Part shown: in pieces, positions 51,571 to 60,252 of the stretch
Numbering within the stretch: position 1 is the stretch's first letter
Layout of the letters: every line of letters starts with the position of its first letter
DNA from: a virus
Lineage: Duplodnaviria > Caudoviricetes
Length of the DNA stretch: 60,252 nucleotides
Strand: one strand, 5' to 3'
Virus record (IMG/VR): IMGVR_UViG_3300021599_001627
Coordinates: 1-60,252 of that record
The notes under the pieces: model-generated
What the model was told of the DNA's origin: nothing
The model's database searches: none
Seen by the model: only the letters and a program-made list of their open reading frames with translations
Position numbers and translations under genes: made by a program

Positions 51571-53343
51571 TCACACTAGGTCAGTTGTGTATAAGTTGTA
51601 TTGATAAGTACTGGACGCATCTACACTTGTTCTTGAAAAATAAAAAGGCACTACTGGCCTTAAGGTGGATGCACCATTCATAGTCACTTTTCCTACTGGC
51701 GAATAATACGTTGTTAACGGTGTATTCCGCGAAAATCCCTGAGCTGATGCCGTGTAGATATTTGTCGCTAGCGTTGTGTAGCCACCAACTTTTGAAGCTC
51801 TCCCGCCAAAAGCCTGAAAGACTGGGTAAGTGCCTGTGTTGATATAGGCATTATTAGAGAATGCGTTTCTTGAGGCGACAACCCTGTTAGTGGGAAGATG
51901 ATAGCCGCGATCAGAATGCCAGCCATATGAATCGTTGGACACAAAATTTGTATTGCTTCCGGCGATTATATTCTCAGTGATAAGCGTAGAGAGATCAAAG
52001 CTATATTTGGAAGACTTCATCGAAGCGTTTGGCTGCGGGTAGGATCCGTTGGAGTAAAGATAAATTCCGTCATCTAGAATGGCAATTTCCTTGACAATTG
52101 GTTGCGCTATTGCGGTTTGACTAATGAAGTTTCCAGATTTATCAAAATAGAAAAGCCATTCAGGTGTGGCGACAAGGCACCCAGTCCCGTATCGAACGAC
52201 GGCAACGCCCGACCCGTTTGCGTTGTACCTATCAAAACTATTGGATATTGGTACAAAATCTTCGTCTAAGCGAATGACTAGAAGATATGCGGCTCTTTTG
52301 TCGAATAGTAACGATGTACCATCGTCGAATTGAATAAAAGCCGAAGAATTGGCCGTCCAAACGCTAAGGTAATACAGTCCACCATAGCTGATGTTCCACG
52401 ATGTTACTAAAGTTCCTGTGTTTGCGTTGACGATATCGTAAGTTAAATACCCAAGCTCATGTCGAACCATCATGATGTATTTCTGAAGTCGAATATATTC
52501 CATGCCGATTGTATGGCCCTGCGTAACGGTATTACCAGGTATGCCCATGCCCAGCTTAAATTCTCCGTTTGTGTCGTACACAGCGAACTTATCGTGCCCG
52601 TAGCCAAAGTACGAAGGAAGAAAACAAACAATGCTTTCTTTGTTGTTTCCTATGTCACAAATCAATGTTTCATCAATGTAATCACCAAGTGGTTGCGTAG
52701 TTTGAAAGATATCATTAAAAGCATGCTCCTTTGTCCATATAACTTCCCCGTTAAGCCTTCGCTTTGTTATTGCAAACTTCTCAGTGGTTGTTGACATTAG
52801 GCTATAAGAATTGCCCATCGCGTCTGTGACCAGGCTCGATGATGTAACGGCACCTACGAAATTGGGATTGTACAGCCAAGGGGCGTTAGCGAATGGGGCT
52901 GTCATTACTGACACCCAGAAATCGGTTCCAATGTCTCCGTAATCACCTTCGCATAATATGTCTGATTGGCATGATGCAAGAGCAGGGCTAAGAGTTGGAA
53001 TGTATAGTTCAAATACGCGACGAAAACTTGCACTTAAACGATAGGTAATAGGGTTGTCTTGCTCTATCGTCCACTCATCACAGCGAAAACGAAGCGCAGT
53101 CACCGAATCAGGTGGCTGCCATTCAAACCATTCGCCTGCATCGGCGCGGGCCTGAAGAAAGGTTTCTACTTCTTGTACTGCTTCTAGCTCCAGTAGCCAA
53201 GTTAGGTCCCACTCCGACCTCGGGGTATTAAGACCGAATACCAACGAGGACTCGTATCCATCACCGAGGGCAGTTGTGATGCGTTCCTGATCAGAGCGCT
53301 TACTCGCTGGATAGGTCGGGTTAATCGCGGGAAATGTCGCCAT
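51571..53343 (-). CDS. gpM-like minor tail domain fused to a ~450-aa low-GC extension
   Basis: MATFPAINP.Y, GDGYE....FGLN, FEWQPP, CDEW, A.FRRVFE, then an unrelated AT-richer region. Confidence 0.8.
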   Translation of the reverse strand: MATFPAINPTYPASKRSDQERITTALGDGYESSLVFGLNTPRSEWDLTWLLELEAVQEVETFLQARADAGEWFEWQPPDSVTALRFRCDEWTIEQDNPITYRLSASFRRVFELYIPTLSPALASCQSDILCEGDYGDIGTDFWVSVMTAPFANAPWLYNPNFVGAVTSSSLVTDAMGNSYSLMSTTTEKFAITKRRLNGEVIWTKEHAFNDIFQTTQPLGDYIDETLICDIGNNKESIVCFLPSYFGYGHDKFAVYDTNGEFKLGMGIPGNTVTQGHTIGMEYIRLQKYIMMVRHELGYLTYDIVNANTGTLVTSWNISYGGLYYLSVWTANSSAFIQFDDGTSLLFDKRAAYLLVIRLDEDFVPISNSFDRYNANGSGVAVVRYGTGCLVATPEWLFYFDKSGNFISQTAIAQPIVKEIAILDDGIYLYSNGSYPQPNASMKSSKYSFDLSTLITENIIAGSNTNFVSNDSYGWHSDRGYHLPTNRVVASRNAFSNNAYINTGTYPVFQAFGGRASKVGGYTTLATNIYTASAQGFSRNTPLTTYYSPVGKVTMNGASTLRPVVPFYFSRTSVDASSTYQYNLYTTDLV

Positions 53344-53346
53344 GGC

Positions 53347-53562
53347 TTACCACTTGCTCAACGGACAGCTTGACTGCTGAAAACGCACTTTGACGTAGAC
53401 AAAACAGCCGCAGGCGCCACACTGGTTGATGTAGGGGCGTAGGCGGGCGCAGGACCTACAGATTGTGAGTCGTTCTCGGGCTACTTGGCCGAGTACAACC
53501 AGCCCCGTGCTTGCAGACGGTTCAGAGTCGCAGCAGGTTGTCTGGGACGCCTCTTCCATCAC
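53347..53562 (-). CDS. Small Cys-rich protein (DUF6171-like)
   Basis: RL.IC.SC......QC..CGCF...K......CPL.KW. Confidence 0.7.
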   Translation of the reverse strand: MMEEASQTTCCDSEPSASTGLVVLGQVARERLTICRSCARLRPYINQCGACGCFVYVKVRFQQSSCPLSKW

Positions 53563-56500
53563 GAGTTCGGGAACTGGGCCGTTGGCGGGGTGAAGGCAGC
53601 GGTGTAGCGGGCGATGCCCTTGGTGATGCGGAGGGAGTCGATGTAGCCAGTCATATATTGCTGATCACCATCAGCATTCCGGCCTATAGACATCGCACCA
53701 GTGCCAGAGATATTTGTCGAGACTGTAGTTGTAGCTAGCTGTGTACCATTTAAGAATATATATGCGTTTGTGCCACTTCTGGTCACGGCTAGATGATTCC
53801 ACGTCGCAGTAGAGGGCGCAGTCCAGTTTCCTGTTATTTGGGTTGCATAAGCCGAACCGTTGCCAAACGCACAAACAACTGAAGTAGACGTTGCTTGCAA
53901 CAACCACGCGTAATTCGACGCACTCCAAACGCCAGCGAAAGTTTGGGAGGTCCCTGAAAAGGCAACTGATACATTAAACCAAAGCTCTATGGTGAAATTG
54001 TCAATGCCAAATAACAAACTGGTAGAGCTGCATGATAGATAGTCGCCAGTCCCATCAAACAACGCACTCGCGCCGCCAAACTTGCTCTGCGCCGTCGAGA
54101 TCTGCGCGTTGCCGTTGGCTGTGACCGCCAGGGCGTTGTAACTGTGATCAGGGAAGTACGTGCTTGCGTTTGCTCCATTCATGTGGAGCAGTAGCGAGAC
54201 AGCGCCGAAGTTGGGGTCGATGACGGGGATCGGGTGTGGGGCGACGGGAGGCGTGAAGGCGGCGGTGTAGCGGGCTACGCCTTTTGTGATACGGAGGTCG
54301 TCGATGTAGCCATTGAACGTAAAACTGGTGCTGTAGTAAAGCCCAATGTTGAGCCCGTTGCTTGCATAATTTACGGAATCACTAATTGATGCGCCCTGCG
54401 CGACTCCATTAACATACAATGTTAAAGAACTGGATGCTCTTACTAGCGCTATATGATACCAAACACCACCGGTTACAGTGTACGCCCTCAAATAAGGCGT
54501 GTTGCCTGAATAAATTGCAAAATTGCTGCCATCGTAGCCAAGGGCAATGCCAGCGGTTGAGCTTGGAGGCGTGCCAGGATATAGATGGAAAATCCCTCCA
54601 TTTGTTACTGTATTCCAACGAACCCAACATTCAAATGTAAAGTCACCAGGCAGGTCTAGGGGCGTATTTGGAGAACTATAAAGCCAATCCCCCGTCCCAT
54701 CGAAATACAAACTCGACCCGCCGAACCTGCTCTGCGTCGTGCTGATCTGAGCGTTACCATTGGGCGCCAGCGTCAGGCCGTTGCTGCTGCGGTCTGCGAT
54801 GACCGTGCTCGCGTTGGCGCCGTTGCCGTTCAGCAGTAGCGAGACCGAGCTGAAGCTGGCGTCGGTCTCGGACCAGACGGGATGGGCAATGGTGGGCGGC
54901 AGGAAGTTAGTGGTGTAGCGGGCGACTCCGTTCGTAATCCGATAGTCGTCTAAATACCCATCCATGCCATAGCCGGTCGATGACCAGTCCATGCCAATAC
55001 GAACAGCGGTTCGTGTTAAATTTCCGGCGTTGCTATAGCTAGCGCTTTGAACCGTGCCATTTACAAATACGCGCCAAGCGCTGCCCGCTCGCGTCAGTGC
55101 TACGTGAACCCATGTGTTTAACGGCAAAATATCAGTGCTGACCAAATTAAATCCGGCCAAATATATGAATAATTGCCCAATGGAGTTGACCCCCCAAACA
55201 AAACCAGAGCCGTCGCCATCACTGGTGCGGGACTCATAGAGCATTCGGTAAGTTGCGTAACTTCTCATTCGCACCCACGTTTCAATCGTAAAGTCATTGG
55301 CACCAAAGGCGGCAATCGTGCAAGTCAGATAGTCGCCTGACCCATCGAACGCGCCACTTGCGCCGCCAAACTTCGACTCCGCCGTGCTGATCTTCGCATC
55401 GCCATTGGCGAACACTGCCTTCGGCGTCAGCGAACTATCCGTGAAAGTGGTAGAGTTGTTAGCTCCATCCATCTTCAGCAGCAGCGAGACGTTACTCAGG
55501 TAGGGGTCGCTGCTGGTGTCGGCGTTGATCGGAGCAGTGGGAGGGGTGAAGTTGGTGGTATAGCGGGCGTGGCCCTTGATGATGCGGAGATCGTCGATGT
55601 AGCCGGCAAACCCTGCTGTAACTCCGGTGCGATCTGCGCCAATACCGATGTTATGCGCAGCATTGACTACAAGTGATGCAGAGCTTGTGAAAGTGTTGGT
55701 CTGAGCCCCGTCAACAAATGTTCGGAATGTGGTTCCGGAACGAGTAACTGCCAAGTGGTACCATCTGTTTGCCTGTGGCGCAGGCAGCATTACGACTTGG
55801 CTGGCTATATCCCAGGACGTGTTGTTTGAACTTGAGTAAAAAGCAATACGGTTATTGGGGCCGTCGTAGTAAATAAGCCAAGCTCCATACGCGCCTGACG
55901 TCCATCCCTTTGTCACAATGCCCCTATCGACGCCGCTCCATGCTGTTGCATTAATCCAAAGCTCAACAGTGAAGTCACCGGTTCCAAAATCAAAGCCATC
56001 CGCCGTAGGGATTGTCAGGCCATCCCCGCTCCCGTCAAACGCTGCACTCGTCAGCCCCCACTTGTACTGCGCGTTGCTGATCTTGGCGTTGCCGTAGGTG
56101 GTGACAGGTAGGCGGTCAGCGCGATCGAAGAAGCCGGTGCTGTTGTTCGGCCCCTCCATCGGCATCCAGAGGGTGCTGGCGCCCAGGTAGGGGTCGGCCA
56201 GAGTGCCGTAGTCGGCGTGGGGCAGCGGCGGGATGAAGTTAGCAATGTAGCGGGCTACGCCTTTTGTGATGCGAACATCGTCGATATAACCGGTGTAGGT
56301 GCGTCCTGCGTACTCGATGTCTTGGCCGATGATTACGGAAGAGCTGCCCACTGACGTAGACACGCTTGCCTTTGAAGCAGCCTGCACACCGTCAATAAAC
56401 ATGTAGACAGTGGTGCCACTGCGCACAAATGCGAAGTGATGCCACTTGTTATCATTGAGACCGGTAACACTACTTTTGAAGAAAAGACTATTGCTCCACT

Positions 56501-57704
56501 CACGCCAATAAACCTCAGGAGCGCCGTCACCAGTTGCTCCGTTGAGCGAGATCAGGATGCCGCCAGCGCCGCTATACGGACGTGTAAGCATCGCTGCATA
56601 GTTATTCGTGGCGTTCGACTTGAACCACCATTCGTAGGTGAAGTCACCAGTGCCGAAAGTGAATCCGCTATTTGTGTCTGCGATGGTGAGAAAATCGCCC
56701 GTACCATCGAAATAGGCACTGGATACTCCGTAGCGTTTGTCCGCCGTACTGAGCTTGGCGTCGCCACTTGACGTCACCGTTCTCGCGCCAGGCGATCGAT
56801 CTGTGAACGTCGTGCTGTTGTTGCTGCCATTCAAGGGCAGTAGCAAGCTCACATAGTTATAGAAGGGATCAGCAATGGAAGCTCCATCATTTTCAAACGC
56901 TGCGGTTGGGACGGAGAAAGTCGATGTGTAGCGACAGTAACCCTTCGTAATTCGCAGCTCGTCAATAAAGCCATCAAAGTTACCACCAGTAGAAGCACCA
57001 GTCGGTTCGGCGGCCGAAATAGCAATAGCATTGCCGTATGATGGCGCGACAGCATCAACTGTTGAACTGCCAGATCCCTTTTCTTGGCCGTTTACAAAAA
57101 CTTTTACAGCACTTCCGCTTCTGCTAGCCGCAATGTGATACCACTGTCCAGTTGACATGCCATGCACGCCAGTCGCCGTTGCAGAGCTAAAGTCAGTTAT
57201 ATTAACAACGATATTTGTGCTTGTTAAGTAAAAATCAAACCCTGGGTTGGCATTTGCTGGCCCCCATCCGCATATCCAGAAAGATCCTGGATAGCCACTC
57301 GTTGGCAGGCTGTTGAGGTATACCCAGGCTTCGATTGTAAAATCACCAGCTCCAAACACAAATTCATTTTTAGTGGTTGCAACATTTAGCCGACCACCGC
57401 TGGCGCGGACAAAATTACCCGAGGCACCACCAAATTTTGATTGACTTGTTGTAATCGAAGAACTGACGGCAGTTACAGCAAGATTGCGGAGCGAACTATC
57501 TGCGAATGCTGTTGCTCCATTGCTACCATCCATATGCAGCAGCAACGTCACATATTCGTAGAACTCGTCAAAAGAACCGGCACCAACTGGCCACAGGCCG
57601 GCCGCACGACGAGCAAACACTTGCTCCATCGCCCAGACGCCAGGATTGCTTGCCAGGCTCCAAGTAGGCCGACCGCCCAGGTAGCCGCCCTCAAGGCGCT
57701 TCAT
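53559..57704 (-). CDS. Large virion protein with six tandem LamG/ConA-like lectin domains
   Basis: Six repeats of LLL.M.G.N....F.D.S...FDG.GD.L...DFT.E.W...W.H.A..R.G...G.IDD.RITKG.ARY...F..P. Confidence 0.9.
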   Translation of the reverse strand: MKRLEGGYLGGRPTWSLASNPGVWAMEQVFARRAAGLWPVGAGSFDEFYEYVTLLLHMDGSNGATAFADSSLRNLAVTAVSSSITTSQSKFGGASGNFVRASGGRLNVATTKNEFVFGAGDFTIEAWVYLNSLPTSGYPGSFWICGWGPANANPGFDFYLTSTNIVVNITDFSSATATGVHGMSTGQWYHIAASRSGSAVKVFVNGQEKGSGSSTVDAVAPSYGNAIAISAAEPTGASTGGNFDGFIDELRITKGYCRYTSTFSVPTAAFENDGASIADPFYNYVSLLLPLNGSNNSTTFTDRSPGARTVTSSGDAKLSTADKRYGVSSAYFDGTGDFLTIADTNSGFTFGTGDFTYEWWFKSNATNNYAAMLTRPYSGAGGILISLNGATGDGAPEVYWREWSNSLFFKSSVTGLNDNKWHHFAFVRSGTTVYMFIDGVQAASKASVSTSVGSSSVIIGQDIEYAGRTYTGYIDDVRITKGVARYIANFIPPLPHADYGTLADPYLGASTLWMPMEGPNNSTGFFDRADRLPVTTYGNAKISNAQYKWGLTSAAFDGSGDGLTIPTADGFDFGTGDFTVELWINATAWSGVDRGIVTKGWTSGAYGAWLIYYDGPNNRIAFYSSSNNTSWDIASQVVMLPAPQANRWYHLAVTRSGTTFRTFVDGAQTNTFTSSASLVVNAAHNIGIGADRTGVTAGFAGYIDDLRIIKGHARYTTNFTPPTAPINADTSSDPYLSNVSLLLKMDGANNSTTFTDSSLTPKAVFANGDAKISTAESKFGGASGAFDGSGDYLTCTIAAFGANDFTIETWVRMRSYATYRMLYESRTSDGDGSGFVWGVNSIGQLFIYLAGFNLVSTDILPLNTWVHVALTRAGSAWRVFVNGTVQSASYSNAGNLTRTAVRIGMDWSSTGYGMDGYLDDYRITNGVARYTTNFLPPTIAHPVWSETDASFSSVSLLLNGNGANASTVIADRSSNGLTLAPNGNAQISTTQSRFGGSSLYFDGTGDWLYSSPNTPLDLPGDFTFECWVRWNTVTNGGIFHLYPGTPPSSTAGIALGYDGSNFAIYSGNTPYLRAYTVTGGVWYHIALVRASSSLTLYVNGVAQGASISDSVNYASNGLNIGLYYSTSFTFNGYIDDLRITKGVARYTAAFTPPVAPHPIPVIDPNFGAVSLLLHMNGANASTYFPDHSYNALAVTANGNAQISTAQSKFGGASALFDGTGDYLSCSSTSLLFGIDNFTIELWFNVSVAFSGTSQTFAGVWSASNYAWLLQATSTSVVCAFGNGSAYATQITGNWTAPSTATWNHLAVTRSGTNAYIFLNGTQLATTTVSTNISGTGAMSIGRNADGDQQYMTGYIDSLRITKGIARYTAAFTPPTAQFPNS

Positions 57705-58063
57705 CAGGAAATCTCCTCGTAGCTGATGGTCAGATCAATCTTGCCGCTGGTACTGCCCTTGGCATAGATCGCGTCGCCTTCTTCTAAGTAGATATATTCT
57801 TCTTTTGATAGTACAACTAAGGTTGAATTAACTGGAACTGAAATAGCGTTTGCGATGTAAGTATTAGCAGCGCTGCGGTAAACCGTAATATCAACAGAAA
57901 AAGCAGATGTTGTGTCAATATTGGCCGCGCGAATCGTATTGACTTTCAGTACTTTATTGCTACTAGCCCCATTGCTAAGCGCGGCCGCCAACGTACTCGT
58001 GCACGAGTACGTTGCTGTCTTCCCCGTGATTGTCGCAGGGGCCTTTAGGTTAGGGGCTGTCAT
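57704..58063 (-). CDS. Structural hypothetical protein
   Basis: MTAPNL...KV.K.N.I..ANID...IYLEEGD.I...SYEEIS. Confidence 0.75.
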   Translation of the reverse strand: MTAPNLKAPATITGKTATYSCTSTLAAALSNGASSNKVLKVNTIRAANIDTTSAFSVDITVYRSAANTYIANAISVPVNSTLVVLSKEEYIYLEEGDAIYAKGSTSGKIDLTISYEEIS

Positions 58064-58069
58064 GGCCGT

Positions 58070-58771
58070 TTAATCACCCCACCAATCTACTTGGAAGTCA
58101 CGGTCCCACCCATAGAGCTGATCGCTCATGCTGCCGAAGTAATTGCTACTTAAGCTGAAATAGATCAGCGTAGCTGATGCTCCTGTTGTGCTAATTGTGC
58201 CGAGTTCACTCAGTAGCAACAAGCCTCTGTAGAAAGTGGCATCAGCGCCTGTGATGCTATACGAACCTGTGTCTACGGGTATAGGAATGTCGATCTGGAA
58301 GTAGCTATCAACACCACTTACAGCAATCGTCCCTAAATCGACTGCCATCACATAGTCACGACGAATTCTGAATTCCTTAAATGCAACTTGCACGGACCCG
58401 ACACCCGGCGCCATGCTCGGCAGGTCGAAGCCGAAGACTTGCCTCAGCCGAGCTCGGAGCTCGAAGACTTTGTGATTACTGACGGTCTTCGTCCAGTCAT
58501 CGCATCGGTAGTACCCCTGTACCCCATTGGGCGGTGTCCAGAGGAACCACTCGTTCTGCGCGGCCCGAGTCGCCAAAAAGGTGTCGAGCGTGTTGGCATC
58601 GGTGAACGGCAGCAGCCACTGGACGTCCCACTCAGGTGACGTTTGGTTCAGGCCAACCGTGGCGCGCTGTTCAATTCCCCACGCTGGGCGGCGACTCCCC
58701 CGCACTCGGGGGCGCACCACCTTGCGGATCGGATAAATGGGGGCGAATGGTGGCAGATGAAAATCGCTCAT
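58070..58771 (-). CDS. Second gpM-like minor tail protein with a different C-terminal extension
   Basis: EQR..VGLN...EWD..W, FL..RA...WFLWTPP, RCDDWTK, A.LRQVF. Confidence 0.75.
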   Translation of the reverse strand: MSDFHLPPFAPIYPIRKVVRPRVRGSRRPAWGIEQRATVGLNQTSPEWDVQWLLPFTDANTLDTFLATRAAQNEWFLWTPPNGVQGYYRCDDWTKTVSNHKVFELRARLRQVFGFDLPSMAPGVGSVQVAFKEFRIRRDYVMAVDLGTIAVSGVDSYFQIDIPIPVDTGSYSITGADATFYRGLLLLSELGTISTTGASATLIYFSLSSNYFGSMSDQLYGWDRDFQVDWWGD

Positions 58772-58773
58772 CT

Positions 58774-60252
58774 TCAGCTAGCCAGTAGGCCACCCGGCCG
58801 TTTCATGCGGAGAATCTCCTCCTGTACAGCGCTGGCGATGACCTTGCCGATTTGCTCGCTCTTCTTCGAGTCCCCTTGGGCCTGGGTGCCTTTGGCATCG
58901 ACGTTGACGTTGACGCTGACATTGCCCGAGCTCGTGGCGCCGGAGCGATCGAAGCTGACCGGGATGCTCTTGCCGTCTGGCAACGGTACGAAGGCTTCGG
59001 GTTTGGAGCCCTCGCCGAAGAGCGCCACCTGGGGGCTGTTGGCGATTCCGCCTCCGGCGTAGGAGCGCAGGGGCAGCGGACCATTAGAGGTCATGATGCC
59101 GCCGGAGGCGAAGCCGAACATTGAGCCACCGCCAAGGGGTGACGCAAGGGCTTTGAGCAACGGCTTCAGCACCATCGTTTGGAAGATGATGCGAGTCAGG
59201 TCGGTGAGGATGTTGGCGGCGAGCTGGCGGAAGTTCGTCGTACCTGTCGTCAGCAGCTCGACGAACGCGTTGGACATCGCGCCGAGGGTGTTCTTGGTGA
59301 AGTCCTGCATCTGGCTCTTGAGGGTGCCGAGGCTGGCGGCGTACTCCTCCAGGCCCTGTTTCATCCCACCCCAGGCCGACTCCCAGCGGTTGTCGACCTG
59401 CCACGCGAGCGCGGTTTTTGCTGCCTGTTGAGCGGCAGCGAAGCCTTGAATCGCCAGGATGTTGGAGTTGTACTCGACACGGGCGTCCTCCAGGCTCTTT
59501 TTGAGGTTGTTGAGGGTCTGGATCTCCTGAGCGGTTACTGCAGTACCGGCTGCCCGTTTTGTTGCAATAGCGTCCTCGGCTACTGCAATGTCTTTTTGTA
59601 TCTCAGTGTTCTTGGCATCGTATTCCCGCGCCGCGGCGATGACCTTCATTTGAGTGTCAATCTGTTCAGGGCTAAAGCCCTCAAGCTGCATACGCGTACC
59701 GACCATTAGGTCGTTCTGTTGGTTGCGAATGTCTTTCGTATTGTCTTTGAATGACTTGCGCAGACTTTCAATTACTGTTTGAGCTCGCGTGATGGCGAGG
59801 ATCTGCCCTTCGAGATTTTTGATCTCGGTGAGGTCTTTCTTGCGCTTTTCAATCTGTTCCGTGATCTTCTTCTCTAGTTCGACGAGCTCTGCTTTCTTGA
59901 CGCCCTCGGCTTTGGCGGCGGCTTCCTGGATCTCCTTGCGCTCGCGGTCCATGATCAGAAGCTCTTTCTGATAGCGGACTTCAATTGCAGCGCGATCTGG
60001 GTCGTAGGCGTCCGATTTCGAGCTCGCGAACGCCTTCAGCGAGAGCTGGGCCTCGATCAGTTGATCCTTGTACTGCTCAACCTGCGCTCGCGGGAAGGCG
60101 GCCTTGGCGATTTCTTCGAAGGCCGCTTTGGTCTTGGCTTCAGTCAGAGCGGCCTGCAATGCGCGCAGGCGCTCCATGGCGGATGAGACGTTGCGCACTG
60201 CTGCGGCGTATTTGTCCACCGCGGGAGTCCCGATGGCGTCGAAGTTCGGCGC
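58774..60252 (-). CDS. Tail tape measure protein (C-terminal part; runs off right edge)
   Basis: Long Ala/Glu/Lys helical region; lambda-type C-terminus FASGGIM, A.FGEG..PEA.VPL.DG, ..RPGGLLA. Confidence 0.9.
   Translation of the reverse strand, partial: APNFDAIGTPAVDKYAAAVRNVSSAMERLRALQAALTEAKTKAAFEEIAKAAFPRAQVEQYKDQLIEAQLSLKAFASSKSDAYDPDRAAIEVRYQKELLIMDRERKEIQEAAAKAEGVKKAELVELEKKITEQIEKRKKDLTEIKNLEGQILAITRAQTVIESLRKSFKDNTKDIRNQQNDLMVGTRMQLEGFSPEQIDTQMKVIAAAREYDAKNTEIQKDIAVAEDAIATKRAAGTAVTAQEIQTLNNLKKSLEDARVEYNSNILAIQGFAAAQQAAKTALAWQVDNRWESAWGGMKQGLEEYAASLGTLKSQMQDFTKNTLGAMSNAFVELLTTGTTNFRQLAANILTDLTRIIFQTMVLKPLLKALASPLGGGSMFGFASGGIMTSNGPLPLRSYAGGGIANSPQVALFGEGSKPEAFVPLPDGKSIPVSFDRSGATSSGNVSVNVNVDAKGTQAQGDSKKSEQIGKVIASAVQEEILRMKRPGGLLAS

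Overview
About 60 kb of a temperate, lambda-like long-tailed (siphovirus-type) phage, most likely infecting picocyanobacteria (Synechococcus/Cyanobium-like). The host is inferred from a cyAbrB-type regulator, an RpoD-like sigma factor, an NblA-like ORF and an attP core resembling cyanobacterial tRNA-Pro(GGG). The attP looks intact, so this appears to be the free phage, not a prophage. Capsid, connector and major tail genes lie outside the window. Left to right: head/packaging genes (MuF, a large virion protein, DUF1073 portal, HNH, tRNA-CAT, TerL, TerS); a ~12 kb minus-strand run of ~45 small accessory genes; a ~1.1 kb non-coding region; sigma factor, intein-containing ThyX, dNMP kinase, exonuclease, SSB and a frameshifted repressor-like gene; plus-strand primase-helicase, PolA and AbrB; xis/int/attP; a two-domain endolysin; tail fibre genes; a lambda-type tail tip (J split in two, I, K, L, two M-like paralogs); a six-LamG protein; and a partial tape measure gene. 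Strongest candidates for new biology: (1) a ~670-nt highly structured non-coding RNA with its own promoter and terminator (about 21636 to 20967, minus strand) at the head of the accessory operon; (2) an array of small genes built from shared, near-identical DNA boxes (9.2-12.8 kb); (3) a phage Csx16-like protein, possibly acting against type III CRISPR; (4) head proteins sharing an RxD/Cys motif; (5) an attP carrying the 5' half of a tRNA. All family calls come from motif recognition by eye; no searches or folding were run.
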